Shown here piece by piece: positions 19,630 to 28,901 of a DNA stretch of 64,000 nt. The stretch is from Bacillota bacterium (GTDB taxonomy: Bacteria; Bacillota; Sulfobacillia; JAJZIM01). The stretch lies in assembly GCA_021810565.1 (NCBI GenBank), contig JAJZIM010000012.1, positions 325-64,324 of the forward strand, given 5' to 3'. The notes under the pieces were generated by a model. That model saw nothing but the letters and a program-made list of their open reading frames with translations. It was not told the DNA's origin and ran no database searches. The number at the start of each line of letters is the position of its first letter. The first letter of the stretch is position 1. Both the position numbers and the translations under genes were made by a program.

Positions 19630-20565
19630 ATGCGAATGCGGGCCATCGCCTGGCGCGGCCCTCGGGTGCGGGAGCTGGAATCTTGGCAGCAGGTGTCCTG
19701 CGTGCGGCCCGTGTGGGTGGACTTGGCCCGGCCGGAGGAGGCGGAACTGTCCGCGGTGCGTAGGGTGTTCGCCCTGCCGCCCCTGTTGCTGCAGGAGCAT
19801 GCCGGACAGCGCCACCGGGCACTGCTGCGGGAAGGTCCGCAGGGGATGGTGGCCTTGACCCTACCCCTGGGTGCCCTGGACGCCGACACGGACGTCTTGG
19901 AGGTGGTATGGGGGGAGGACTTCCTGCTGAGCGTGCACCGTAAGCCCGCCCCCTGCGTGGCCGCCGCGGCCCGGCGGCTGGCCCGGGAGGCCCAGGGGCG
20001 CGCAGGCGCTGCCTTCTCCTTGTACCTTTTGTTGGACGAGGCGGTGGAGGCGGCCTTTCCGGAGTTGGACCAGTTGCAGGAAACCATCTTTCAACTGGAG
20101 GGAGAGTTGGCCTCCAGACCGGGGCGCGAGTTTTTGACCCGATTGTTTCACACCCGCCGGCATGTGCTCCAGCTGCGGCGGGTGCTGGCCGGGCAGCGCC
20201 AGGTGCTCTCCCGTCTTTTGTCCGACGCCTACCGGCACCGACTGGCCGAGCTGCATCCCTACATGGAGGACGTTCACGATCACCTGTCCTTGGCCCTGGA
20301 AACTTTGGATTCCTTCCACGAGGTGCTGAGCAGCACGGTGGAATCCTACATGTCTTCGGCCTCCAACCGCTTGAACCAGATCATGAAGACCCTCACCATT
20401 CTGGCCACGGTCATGATGCCCCTTACCCTGATCACCGGCATCTACGGCATGAATTTCCGCATTCCCGAGGTGCGCTGGGCCTACGGCTACTACTACTCCC
20501 TGGGGCTCATGGCCGCCGTGACGCTCATGATGCTCCTGTATTTCCGCTCCCGGCGCTGGATCTGA
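19630..20565 (+). CDS. corA: CorA-family magnesium/cobalt transporter
   Basis: C-terminal two-TM region with the GMN signature (ITGIYGMNF). Confidence 0.85.
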   Translation: MRMRAIAWRGPRVRELESWQQVSCVRPVWVDLARPEEAELSAVRRVFALPPLLLQEHAGQRHRALLREGPQGMVALTLPLGALDADTDVLEVVWGEDFLLSVHRKPAPCVAAAARRLAREAQGRAGAAFSLYLLLDEAVEAAFPELDQLQETIFQLEGELASRPGREFLTRLFHTRRHVLQLRRVLAGQRQVLSRLLSDAYRHRLAELHPYMEDVHDHLSLALETLDSFHEVLSSTVESYMSSASNRLNQIMKTLTILATVMMPLTLITGIYGMNFRIPEVRWAYGYYYSLGLMAAVTLMMLLYFRSRRWI

Positions 20566-20635
20566 GGTCTCGGAGCAGGAATCCCCCCGCCCATGTCGAA
20601 GCCTTGATGTAAGATAGGGAAGGGGAGGCGGAGTT

Positions 20636-21898
20636 TTGCCACCGGAGGATCCCGCCGTCCGGGCGGAGGCGGTGCTTTCCGCATTCGAGCGACATGCCAA
20701 CCCCGGGCAGGCCCGGGTCTTTCGTTTCATGGGCCTGGTGAATTTCGAGGCCGAGGCCCACGGTGCGTGGGTCCGCGACGTGGCGGGGCAGGAGTATCTG
20801 GACTGCGCCAGCGGCTACGGGGTCATGGGCCCCGGCTACGGTCACCCGGCGGTGGTGGCGGCGGTCCAGGAGCAACTGACCAAGCAGGCCATGTCCTCCC
20901 GGGTGCTTTTGTCCGAGCCCACGGCCCGCTTGGCCGAGCGCCTGGCCGGCCTGGCCCCGGGGGATCTGGAGTATTGCTTCTTTTGCAACAGCGGCGCGGA
21001 GGCCGTGGAGGGAGCGCTGAAGTTCGCCCGGGTGACCACCGGCCGGCCGGGCTTCGTGGCCGCCCTGGGCGCCTTCCACGGCAAGACCTTCGGGGCGCTG
21101 TCCGTCAGCGGTCGGGACGTCTATCGGCGGCCCTTCGAGCCGCTCTTGCCGGGGGTCACCCACGTGCCCTTCGGGGACGCTGCCGCCCTGGACCGGGCGG
21201 TGGGACCGGGCACGGCGGCGGTTATTCTGGAGCCCATCCAAGGGGAGGGCGGAGTGATCCTGCCGCCCGACGGCTACCTGGCCGCGGCGCGGGAGATCTG
21301 CGACCGCGCGGGGGCGCTTTTGATCCTGGATGAGGTCCAGACCGGTATGGGCCGCACCGGTCGGCTTTTCGCCTGTGAGCATTGGGGCGTGGTGCCCGAT
21401 CTCATGTGCCTGGCCAAGGCCCTGGGAGGCGGGGTCATGCCCATCGGCGCCGTGGTGGGGACCGAGCGTGCGTTCTCCTTCTTCGCCGCCGCGCCGCTTT
21501 TGCACACCTCCACCTTCGGCGGGAATCCCCTGGCCTGCGCCGCCGCCCTGGCCACCCTCGAGGTAATGGAGCGGGAGGATCTGCCCGGGCAGGCGGCGCG
21601 CAAGGGAGCCCGTCTGCTGGGCCGGCTGGCCGACTTGGCCGCGCGCTACCCCCGCACGGTGCGAGAGGTGCGCGGGAAGGGATTGATGATCGGGCTGGAG
21701 ATGACCCGGGAGGGGGCCGGCGGGGCCCTGATGGCCAGCCTGCTGGCGCGCCGGGTGCTGGCGGTGCACACCTTGAACAACGAGCGGGTCATCCGGGTGA
21801 TGCCGCCCCTGGTGATCACGGATGCGGAGCTGGACCGGGCGACGGCGGCTTTCACCGACGCCCTGGCCGAGGTGGATGCCGTGGTGGAGGAGCTTTGA
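20636..21898 (+). CDS. Class-III PLP-dependent aminotransferase (acetylornithine/GABA/omega-aminotransferase type)
   Basis: Family motifs across the full length, including the DEVQTGMGRTG lysine-loop region. Confidence 0.85.
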   Translation: MPPEDPAVRAEAVLSAFERHANPGQARVFRFMGLVNFEAEAHGAWVRDVAGQEYLDCASGYGVMGPGYGHPAVVAAVQEQLTKQAMSSRVLLSEPTARLAERLAGLAPGDLEYCFFCNSGAEAVEGALKFARVTTGRPGFVAALGAFHGKTFGALSVSGRDVYRRPFEPLLPGVTHVPFGDAAALDRAVGPGTAAVILEPIQGEGGVILPPDGYLAAAREICDRAGALLILDEVQTGMGRTGRLFACEHWGVVPDLMCLAKALGGGVMPIGAVVGTERAFSFFAAAPLLHTSTFGGNPLACAAALATLEVMEREDLPGQAARKGARLLGRLADLAARYPRTVREVRGKGLMIGLEMTREGAGGALMASLLARRVLAVHTLNNERVIRVMPPLVITDAELDRATAAFTDALAEVDAVVEEL

Positions 21899-21917
21899 GC
21901 GGGAGGGAGTTGGGCCA

Positions 21918-22367
21918 TTGCCGCGGGTAGAGGTGTCCCGAACGGTGCCGGCGTCCCCGGAAGCGGTCTACGCCTTCCTGCAGCGCATGGAGGAATTCCC
22001 GCGCTACATGAAAAGCGTGGACGAGGTGCGGGTGCTGGAGCGGGGAGAGGGCTTCACGGTCACGCGCTGGGCCACCCGGCTGCACGGCGCCCCCTTCCGC
22101 TGGACGGAGCGGGACGAGTTCGACGACCGGGAGTGGCGCGTGCGCTACCGGCTGGTGGAGGGCGACCTGAAGCGGTTCGAGGGGGAATGGATCCTGGAGC
22201 CATCGGGCGGGGCCACGGCGGTCACCCTGACCGTGGATTTCGAGTTCGGCATGCCCATGATCGCATCCCTTTTGAATCCCGTGGCGCGCCTGATGATCCG
22301 GGAGAACGTGATGGACATGCTGGCGGCCGTGGAGCGGGCCCTGGCCGAGGGAGGAGATGCACCTTGA
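21918..22367 (+). CDS. SRPBCC (polyketide cyclase/START-like) domain protein
   Basis: TTG start after a gggagggag RBS. The 150-aa product has the helix-grip-like pattern (PRVEVSRTVPASPEAVYAFL...). Confidence 0.5.
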   Translation: MPRVEVSRTVPASPEAVYAFLQRMEEFPRYMKSVDEVRVLERGEGFTVTRWATRLHGAPFRWTERDEFDDREWRVRYRLVEGDLKRFEGEWILEPSGGATAVTLTVDFEFGMPMIASLLNPVARLMIRENVMDMLAAVERALAEGGDAP

Positions 22368-23254
22368 CCATCAACCAACTGGAGGTGTTCTGCGCCGTGG
22401 CGGCCCGCAGAAGCTTCTCCCTGGCGGCCAAGGCGGTGAACCTGTCCCAGCCGGCGGTCAGCCTGCAGGTCCAGTCGCTGGAGGAGCATTACGGCACGCG
22501 TCTGTTCGACCGCAGCGTGAACTCCATCTCCTTGACTCCCATGGGGGAGATCCTGTACCAGCACGCCAGGAACATCCTGAGCATCTGGGAACAGGCCGAT
22601 CGGGAGATCCGGGACCACATCGGATCCATGGAGGGGGAGGTGATGGTGGGAGCCAGCACCACCGTGGGCCAGTACGTGCTGCCCCGGGTCATCGGCAACT
22701 TCCAGCGCAAGTTCCCCCTGGCGGTGGTGCGCCTGCAGGTGAAGAACACGGCCGAGATCATCCGCCTGCTGACGGAGAACATTCTGGACCTGGGTCTGTT
22801 GGAGGCCAGCGTGGACAACAAGAAGCTGGCCTGCGACGCCCTCACCACCGACCGCATTGTGCTCATCATCGGCACCGAGCATCCCTGGGCTGGCCGCGAG
22901 TACGTGGTGGCCGCGGAGCTTCGGGGAGAGCCGCTCATCCTTCGGGAGCCCGGCTCCGGCACCCGCCGGGTGGTGGAGCGGGCTTTGCGCGACGCCAACT
23001 TGCGCATGGAGGATTTCGGCCGGGTGATGGAGCTTGGGAGCACCGAGGCCATCAAGACGGCGGTGGAGTCGGGGCTGGGCATCGCCTTCGTTTCTCAATG
23101 GGCGGTGCGCAAAGAGCTGCAACTGGGCTCCCTGAAGGTGATCCCGGTGCGCGATCTCTTGATCGAGCGCAGCTTCTGCGTGGCCTATCCCCGGCAGAAG
23201 TTCAAGTCGCGCATGGCCGAGGAGTTCGTGAGCTTCGCCAAGAAACAGGTATGA
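22364..23254 (+). CDS. LysR-family transcriptional regulator
   Basis: TTG start overlapping the upstream stop. The N-terminal HTH (TINQLEVFCAVAARRSFSLAAKAVNLSQPAVSLQVQSLEE) is followed by a LysR substrate-binding domain. Confidence 0.8.
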   Translation: MTINQLEVFCAVAARRSFSLAAKAVNLSQPAVSLQVQSLEEHYGTRLFDRSVNSISLTPMGEILYQHARNILSIWEQADREIRDHIGSMEGEVMVGASTTVGQYVLPRVIGNFQRKFPLAVVRLQVKNTAEIIRLLTENILDLGLLEASVDNKKLACDALTTDRIVLIIGTEHPWAGREYVVAAELRGEPLILREPGSGTRRVVERALRDANLRMEDFGRVMELGSTEAIKTAVESGLGIAFVSQWAVRKELQLGSLKVIPVRDLLIERSFCVAYPRQKFKSRMAEEFVSFAKKQV

Positions 23255-23286
23255 GGGAGGCGGATAGGTGCATTAGAAGGTTTTAT

Positions 23287-23315
23287 TTGACCCGGATGCC
23301 CCGGACGGCTATGCT
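23287..23315 (+). promoter_or_regulatory. SigmaA promoter candidate TTGACC-N17-TATGCT
   Basis: Good hexamers and spacing immediately after the LysR stop. The predicted TSS is near 23322, which gives a leader of about 160 nt. Confidence 0.35.
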
Positions 23316-23319
23316 ATTA

Positions 23320-23481
23320 AATATAAGAAGTGTGCGACGACGCGCGGTCCGCCCCGGCGGGGCGGGTCCGGCGGCGCACCCGAGGCTTTCCGCGCGGGAA
23401 GCCGGGAACCGGTGTTTTGGGTCCAATAGGCTCGCGAAGGAGGTGAGTCGGACGACCCAGGGAGACCCGGGAGCGAGGTCG
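23320..23481 (+). promoter_or_regulatory. Long GC-rich structured 5' leader. Candidate cis-regulatory RNA (possibly cofactor-sensing) ahead of the molybdoenzyme/Moco operon.
   Basis: Nested complementary segments are visible (CCGCCCC-GGC-GGGGCGG, GACGCGCGG...CCGCGCGGG). The SD sequence aaggagg at 23436-23442 lies inside the leader. Confidence 0.2.
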
Positions 23482-24279
23482 GTGCGCCATTATCCCGGCT
23501 GCCAGGCGGCGGTGGTGTACCATGAGCGGCTCCTCGCGACGGAGGAGATCGCCGCCTGCCTGGGGCTGGCGATGGACCGGATGGCTCCGGAAGACTGCTG
23601 CGGCGGCGTGGAGGATCCCCCCAATTTCTTCAGCGGCATCGTGGCCCCCTTGCGCTTGGTGGACCTGGCGGGAGAGGACCAACTGGCCACCTCCTGCCTG
23701 TCCTGCTTGGCCAACCTGCGCGGCGCCTTCCGGCGCATGGACGAGAACCCTGAGACCAGGCGGCGGGCCGCCTTCTCCATGCAGGTGGTGGGCTACCGGG
23801 TGCCGGAGGGCACCGGGGCGCGGCACCTGCTGGATCTGCTGGCCCAGGGGGATCTGGCGGCGGCGGTGGCCGAGCGCGCCGTGGGGGATCTTTCCGGCCT
23901 GCGGGCGGCGGTCTACTACGGCTGCCGCAAGGGCGAGTTGGCGGAGCGGACTCCGGCGGCGGTGGAGGAAACCCTGCGCTCGTTGGGGGTGGAACTGGTG
24001 TCCTTCGCGGCGGCCGAGGAGTGTTGCGGCGCCCCCAAGGGTTACCGGGGCGGCCTGCCGGGAGGCAAAGGGCAAGCGGTGCTGCAGGGCGCGGCCCAGG
24101 CCGGAGCCGAGGTGGTGGTCACCGTGTGCGGCATGTGCCAGGCCAACCTAGAGAAGCAAAGGGGTGGTCCAGTTGTGATTCCCTTCCTGCAACTCCTGGC
24201 GGTGCCCCTGGGGATGGCGGAACGGGAAGTGTGGCTGAGGCGAAACGATACAGCAGAGGGAGGTCGAAAGGATGCCTGA
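23482..24279 (+). CDS. CCG-domain iron-sulfur protein (HdrB / GlpC / LutA-like) with two CCG cysteine-rich domains
   Basis: The N-terminus RHYPGCQ and two ...CCGG / ...CCGAP motifs fit PF02754-type CCG domains. GTG start with a weak gagcgagg SD. Confidence 0.6.
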   Translation: MRHYPGCQAAVVYHERLLATEEIAACLGLAMDRMAPEDCCGGVEDPPNFFSGIVAPLRLVDLAGEDQLATSCLSCLANLRGAFRRMDENPETRRRAAFSMQVVGYRVPEGTGARHLLDLLAQGDLAAAVAERAVGDLSGLRAAVYYGCRKGELAERTPAAVEETLRSLGVELVSFAAAEECCGAPKGYRGGLPGGKGQAVLQGAAQAGAEVVVTVCGMCQANLEKQRGGPVVIPFLQLLAVPLGMAEREVWLRRNDTAEGGRKDA

Positions 24280-26695
24280 GATCAAGCCCGACTACCGGCC
24301 GCAGGAGTCCACCCGGGACTACGATACCGTCCGGAGGACCACCTGCACCAACCAGTGCGAGTCAGGCTGTGGTATGAAGATCTATCTCAAGGAAGGGCGC
24401 ATCATCGACATCATGGGCGACGAGCGCCATCCCCTGAGCCGCGGCGGTCTTTGCAGCAAGGGGACCAGTCAGTTCCAGCGCTACTACAACCCCCTGCGGG
24501 TGCATTATCCCCATATCCGCAAGTCCCTGGATGATGAGTTCCGGCGGGTGAGCTGGGACGAGGCCATCGATTTCGTGGCCGAGCGGCTGACCCTTTTGAA
24601 GCAGCGCTACGGTCCCGAGGCCCTGGCCATCTTCCGCACCGGCCGCTCCTCTATGGGCAACAAGGTAGGCGGCGGGCGCTTCGGTAAGTTCTTCGGCACC
24701 CCCAACGTCTTCGGGCAGGGCCCCATCTGCTGCGAGAGCCCGGGGGCGGCCATGAACTACGTCTTCGGCGCCGAGGGCCTGGGCCGGCTTATGAACCCCT
24801 CCCCCGACTGGAAGCACTCCAAGTGCATTCTGATGGTGGGCACCGAGATGGCGGCTCAGGAGGTCATCACCTTCCGGGGGATCCTGGACGCCAAGGACGC
24901 CGGGGCCAAGATCATCGGCGTAGACCCCCGGTACAACTCCTCCATGTCCAAGGCCGACCTGTTCCTGATGGTGCGCAACAACACCGACACGGCGCTGTTT
25001 TTGGCCATGGGCAACGTCATCATCCAGGAGGGCCTGTACGACCGGGAGTTCGTGAACCAGTGGGTCTACGGCTTTGAGGAGTACCGGGAGGCCTGCGCCG
25101 AGTGGACGCTGGAGAAGGCGGAGCGGGTCACCATGGTGGACCGGGACCTGATCCTGAAGGCCGCCCGGCTCTTCGCCACCTCCAAGCCCGCCTCGGCCAC
25201 CGGGTGCCTGGGCACGGCCCAGCAGTACAACTCCAACAACATCAACCGCTCCATCGCCGCGCTCTTGGCCATCACCGGCAACGTGGGGATCAAGGGCGGC
25301 GGCTGGAACTGGCTGCACAACTGTCGGCCTCCCATGTCTTACGGCCAGGACACCAACGATGTTGCGGCCCCCAAGCGGCCCATCATCGCCGACAACCTGC
25401 TGCCCTGGGGCGACAACTCCGTGCCGACCATCATCAACGGCATGCTCCACGGCAAGCCCTACCCCATCCGGGGCCTGATCTGGAACGGCAACCACCTGCC
25501 CCAGTTCCCCAACGTGACCAAGACCGAGCAGGCCCTGCGCAAGAACCTGATCACCGTGCACCTGTCCCTCTATCCGAACCACACCTACCACTTCGCCCAC
25601 GCGGCCTTCCCCATCGCCATCGGCATGGAGACGGAGAGCATCTGCCATCACGGCAACAACCGCCTCATCCAGTGGCACAACAAGGTCATCGACTACCAGC
25701 ACGAGCACCGGCCGGATCTGTTTTTCTACAGCAAGCTGGCCAAGGCCATGGGCTTCGGGGACAAGTTCCCCTGGCTCACCAAGAACGACACCGACGTGGA
25801 CGAGCGGACCTTCACGGATTGGATGAACTCCCAGGACCACATGACCGCGGGCATAACCTCGGACCTGCTTGACCCGGAGAAGAACCCGCCGGGGGGCATC
25901 ATGTGGCCGGCGGAGAGCAAGAAGGAAGTCACCTTCCAGGATCCCGAGGCCACCATCCGCGGCAAGTGGATCATGTACCAGGAGGGGGACAACTACCCGG
26001 GCAGCAACCAGCGCTTCCCCACCCCCTCGGGCAAGATCGAGCTGGCATCCCCCTGGCTGGAGAAGTTCGGGTGGGACCGGGTGCCGCGCCACCGGGAGGC
26101 CAGCGAGACCTGGATCGCCAACCCGGAGCGGGCCAAGAAGTATCCCATCCAACTGAACACCTGCCGCATGACCTCCAGCTTCCACGAGGGCGGCCACTGG
26201 TGGCCCTGGGCCGACGAGCTGGTGCCCGACCGCTACATCCAGATCCATCCGGAGCTGGCCGGCCTTTTGGGCATCGAGGACGGCGACACGGTGATCCTGG
26301 AGAACGACCGGGGCGCCATCGACGGGCCCGCCTGGGTCACCGAGATGGTGCCGCCCTGGGGCAGCTGGGTCAACTTCGGCTTCGACCGCTACCAGCCCTT
26401 CCACCCCTACGAGACGGTCAACGTGGTCATCGACGACATCATCAAGGATCCGGTCTACGGCCAGATCCAATGGAAGTCCATGGCCGTGCGGATCCACCGC
26501 AAGGGCGACGACGGGGCCAAGGCCGCGGCCAAGGTGGACGCCTATCTGCGGGAGAACTACCCCAACCTGTTCAACGGCGAGGGTGTGCTCTTGGGCGAGT
26601 ACAAGAACCGGAACTGGGACTACGAGGAGCGCACACCCTGGGAGGATCCCTACGCCCAGGAGATCGCCACCGGCAACCTGAGCAGCAAGAAATAG
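24272..26695 (+). CDS. Molybdopterin (bis-MGD) oxidoreductase catalytic subunit, cytoplasmic (no Tat signal), with an N-terminal [4Fe-4S] motif
   Basis: 807 aa. The N-terminal CTNQCESGCGMK...C cluster motif and the length fit the DMSO-reductase superfamily. The start overlaps the upstream gene by 8 nt. Confidence 0.85.
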   Translation: MPEIKPDYRPQESTRDYDTVRRTTCTNQCESGCGMKIYLKEGRIIDIMGDERHPLSRGGLCSKGTSQFQRYYNPLRVHYPHIRKSLDDEFRRVSWDEAIDFVAERLTLLKQRYGPEALAIFRTGRSSMGNKVGGGRFGKFFGTPNVFGQGPICCESPGAAMNYVFGAEGLGRLMNPSPDWKHSKCILMVGTEMAAQEVITFRGILDAKDAGAKIIGVDPRYNSSMSKADLFLMVRNNTDTALFLAMGNVIIQEGLYDREFVNQWVYGFEEYREACAEWTLEKAERVTMVDRDLILKAARLFATSKPASATGCLGTAQQYNSNNINRSIAALLAITGNVGIKGGGWNWLHNCRPPMSYGQDTNDVAAPKRPIIADNLLPWGDNSVPTIINGMLHGKPYPIRGLIWNGNHLPQFPNVTKTEQALRKNLITVHLSLYPNHTYHFAHAAFPIAIGMETESICHHGNNRLIQWHNKVIDYQHEHRPDLFFYSKLAKAMGFGDKFPWLTKNDTDVDERTFTDWMNSQDHMTAGITSDLLDPEKNPPGGIMWPAESKKEVTFQDPEATIRGKWIMYQEGDNYPGSNQRFPTPSGKIELASPWLEKFGWDRVPRHREASETWIANPERAKKYPIQLNTCRMTSSFHEGGHWWPWADELVPDRYIQIHPELAGLLGIEDGDTVILENDRGAIDGPAWVTEMVPPWGSWVNFGFDRYQPFHPYETVNVVIDDIIKDPVYGQIQWKSMAVRIHRKGDDGAKAAAKVDAYLRENYPNLFNGEGVLLGEYKNRNWDYEERTPWEDPYAQEIATGNLSSKK

Positions 26696-26710
26696 AGGGG
26701 AGGCAATAGC

Positions 26711-27319
26711 ATGCAAGAAACCTTCGCCAAGAGCAACCCCTGGGAGGGGCGGGACTCGCGGGTGACCCTCAGGGGTCCCAAGACCCGGCTGGTCATGTCC
26801 GTGGACCTGGACCGGTGCATCGGCTGCTTTAGTTGCGAGATCTCCTGCAAGATGCAGAAGGACCTGCCGGTGGGTCCCCGCCTGATGCGGGTGATCCAGA
26901 TCGGACCGTACAAGGTCAAGGCCCACGGCAGCTTCCAGCTGCGCACCGTGTACATGCCCTTGAACTGCCGCCACTGCGAGCCCGCCCCTTGCATCGAGGT
27001 CTGCCCCACGGGGGCGATGCAGCGGCGGGAGAAGGATGGCATCGTCTTCGTGGCCCAGGAGCTGTGCATCGGGTGCAAGAGCTGCATCGCCGCCTGCCCC
27101 TTCGGGGCGCCGCAGCTGGACCCGCGCAACGGCAAGATCGTCAAGTGCGACTACTGCATGGACCGGGTGGACAAGGGTCTCTTGCCGGCCTGCGTCACCA
27201 AGTGCTCCATGGACGCCCTGCGCTTCGGGAACATCAACGAGCTGTCCACGGTGAGCCGGGAGAAGCATGTGCGCATGCTGACGGCCGACCTGTTCGACTG
27301 GAAGACGTCCCAGATCTGA
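26711..27319 (+). CDS. 4Fe-4S ferredoxin-type electron-transfer subunit (DmsB/HybA-like) of the molybdoenzyme
   Basis: Four Cys clusters (CIGCFSCEISC, CRHCEPAPC..C, CIGCKSCIAAC, CDYCMDR). Confidence 0.8.
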   Translation: MQETFAKSNPWEGRDSRVTLRGPKTRLVMSVDLDRCIGCFSCEISCKMQKDLPVGPRLMRVIQIGPYKVKAHGSFQLRTVYMPLNCRHCEPAPCIEVCPTGAMQRREKDGIVFVAQELCIGCKSCIAACPFGAPQLDPRNGKIVKCDYCMDRVDKGLLPACVTKCSMDALRFGNINELSTVSREKHVRMLTADLFDWKTSQI

Positions 27320-27350
27320 GGGCCGCCCTATATCAGCTGGAGGTGAGACG

Positions 27351-27596
27351 ATGGCTGGCGCACCTTTCGTAGGTACCGTGACGGCCGCCCCCTTTAGGGT
27401 GGAGTACATGAACGGAGACTTTGACCGGGCGGAGGAAGCACTCAAGAAGCAGGGGATCAAGATCACCGGTCGCAAGGTGATGAGCGTTCCCCCGTACCAT
27501 GCCACCATCTGGGTTCCGTTGGCCGACGAGGAGAAGGCCGCCAAGGTCTTGGCGGATGCGAAGGTAAAGACCCATCCCGTAAAGCCGGTGTACTAG
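27351..27596 (+). CDS. Hypothetical 81-aa protein downstream of the Fe-S subunit
   Basis: ORF only. No recognisable motif. Confidence 0.3.
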   Translation: MAGAPFVGTVTAAPFRVEYMNGDFDRAEEALKKQGIKITGRKVMSVPPYHATIWVPLADEEKAAKVLADAKVKTHPVKPVY

Positions 27597-27614
27597 CAGC
27601 GGGGAGGCAGGCAG

Positions 27615-28901
27615 ATGGGGCGGTCCAGCGTCGAGGAACTCGTCTCGCTGATCCTGGGGGAGGTGCCGGTGCTCCGGGAGACGGAGCAGGTTCCGGTGCC
27701 CCGGGCGGTGGGGCGCGCCCTGAGCGCGGATGTGACCGCCCCGGTGGACCTGCCGTCCTTCACCCGCTCGGCGGTGGACGGCTACGCCGTCAACAGCGAG
27801 GACCTGCGGGCGGCGTCGGGGGAGACCCCCGTGACCCTGCGGGTGGTGGAGAAGGTCACCGCCGGGCACGTGCCTCAGGCGGCCCTGGGCGGCGGCGAGG
27901 CGGCCCTGACCACCACCGGCGCCATGCTGCCGGAGGGCGCGGACGCCGTGATCCTGGTGGAGGAGGCCTCCCGGACGGAGGAGGACCGGGTGGTGCTCAC
28001 CCGGTCGGCCCAGCCGGGGCAACATGTGTCTCCCGTGGGCGAGGACTTTCAAAAGGGGCAACAGCTCTTGTCCCGCGGCCATCTGCTGCGGCTGGTGGAC
28101 GTGGCGGCCCTGGCGGCCCTGGGGATCACCCGGGTGCCGGTGGTGCGCCGCCCCCGGGTGGCCATCTATTCCACGGGTGACGAGTTGGTGTCGCCAGGTG
28201 ATCGCCTGGGCCCGGCCCAGGTCTACGACTCCAACGCCTACCTGCTGGAGGCGGCGGTGTTGGAGGCGGGAGGGGATCCCCACCGCCTGGGGGCCCTGCC
28301 TGACGAGGCTGAGGACGTGGAGGCATATATCTATCGAGCCTGCTCCGACGGCGCCTTCGACCTTTTGGTCACCACGGGCGGCACGGGAGCGAGCCTCTTG
28401 GTGTTGGAGGGGCAGGACGTGGAGAATATCCACGATCTGATCCCCGCGGTGGTGGCCAAGTTGGGCCGGCTGAAGAGCCACGGCCTGCGCATGATCCCGG
28501 GCAAGCCCACGGCCTTCGGCGAGGTGGCCGGCAAGCCGGTGTTCTCCCTGGCCGGATGGCCCTATTCGGCCATCATGACCTTCCATCTATTCGTCCGACC
28601 GGCCATCCGGAAGATGGCTGGCCTGCCGCCCCTGAGTCACGAGCGAACGATCACCGCCCGCCTGACCCAGGCGGTGGAGACGGAGGAGGGTACCAGGAAA
28701 TATTTCCAGGTGCGCCTGGAGGAGCGGGACGGCCAGTGGTGGGCTCAGCCGCTTTTGCCGCCGCGGCCTCCCTCTGCGGCCCGGACCATGCGCCAGATGC
28801 TGGAGGGCAACGGCTATTTCCACCTGGACGGCACCCAGGTGGCGCGACTCGGCGAGGGGGACACGGTGCAGGTTACCGTGGACGATCCGGCATGGACCTG
28901 A
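27615..28901 (+). CDS. moeA: Molybdopterin molybdenumtransferase MoeA (copy 1)
   Basis: SFTRSAVDGYAV and the GGTG signature fit MoeA. Length 428 aa. Confidence 0.85.
   Translation: MGRSSVEELVSLILGEVPVLRETEQVPVPRAVGRALSADVTAPVDLPSFTRSAVDGYAVNSEDLRAASGETPVTLRVVEKVTAGHVPQAALGGGEAALTTTGAMLPEGADAVILVEEASRTEEDRVVLTRSAQPGQHVSPVGEDFQKGQQLLSRGHLLRLVDVAALAALGITRVPVVRRPRVAIYSTGDELVSPGDRLGPAQVYDSNAYLLEAAVLEAGGDPHRLGALPDEAEDVEAYIYRACSDGAFDLLVTTGGTGASLLVLEGQDVENIHDLIPAVVAKLGRLKSHGLRMIPGKPTAFGEVAGKPVFSLAGWPYSAIMTFHLFVRPAIRKMAGLPPLSHERTITARLTQAVETEEGTRKYFQVRLEERDGQWWAQPLLPPRPPSAARTMRQMLEGNGYFHLDGTQVARLGEGDTVQVTVDDPAWT

Noticed and set aside
22357-24279. 640-aa + strand ORF spanning the LysR gene, the leader and the CCG protein
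   Set aside because: It is an open frame through GC-rich DNA. Only its last 265 codons (from the GTG at 23482, N-terminus RHYPGCQ) look like a real protein. The LysR regulator lies in another frame over 22364..23254.
24362-27544. 1060-aa minus-strand ORF and many other long antisense ORFs (for example 132..971, 6187..7431, 12013..13251, 20525..21769)
   Set aside because: These are typical stop-codon-poor antisense frames in about 70% GC DNA. Their products are Arg/Gly/Pro/His-rich with no motifs, and they overlap well-supported genes on the opposite strand.
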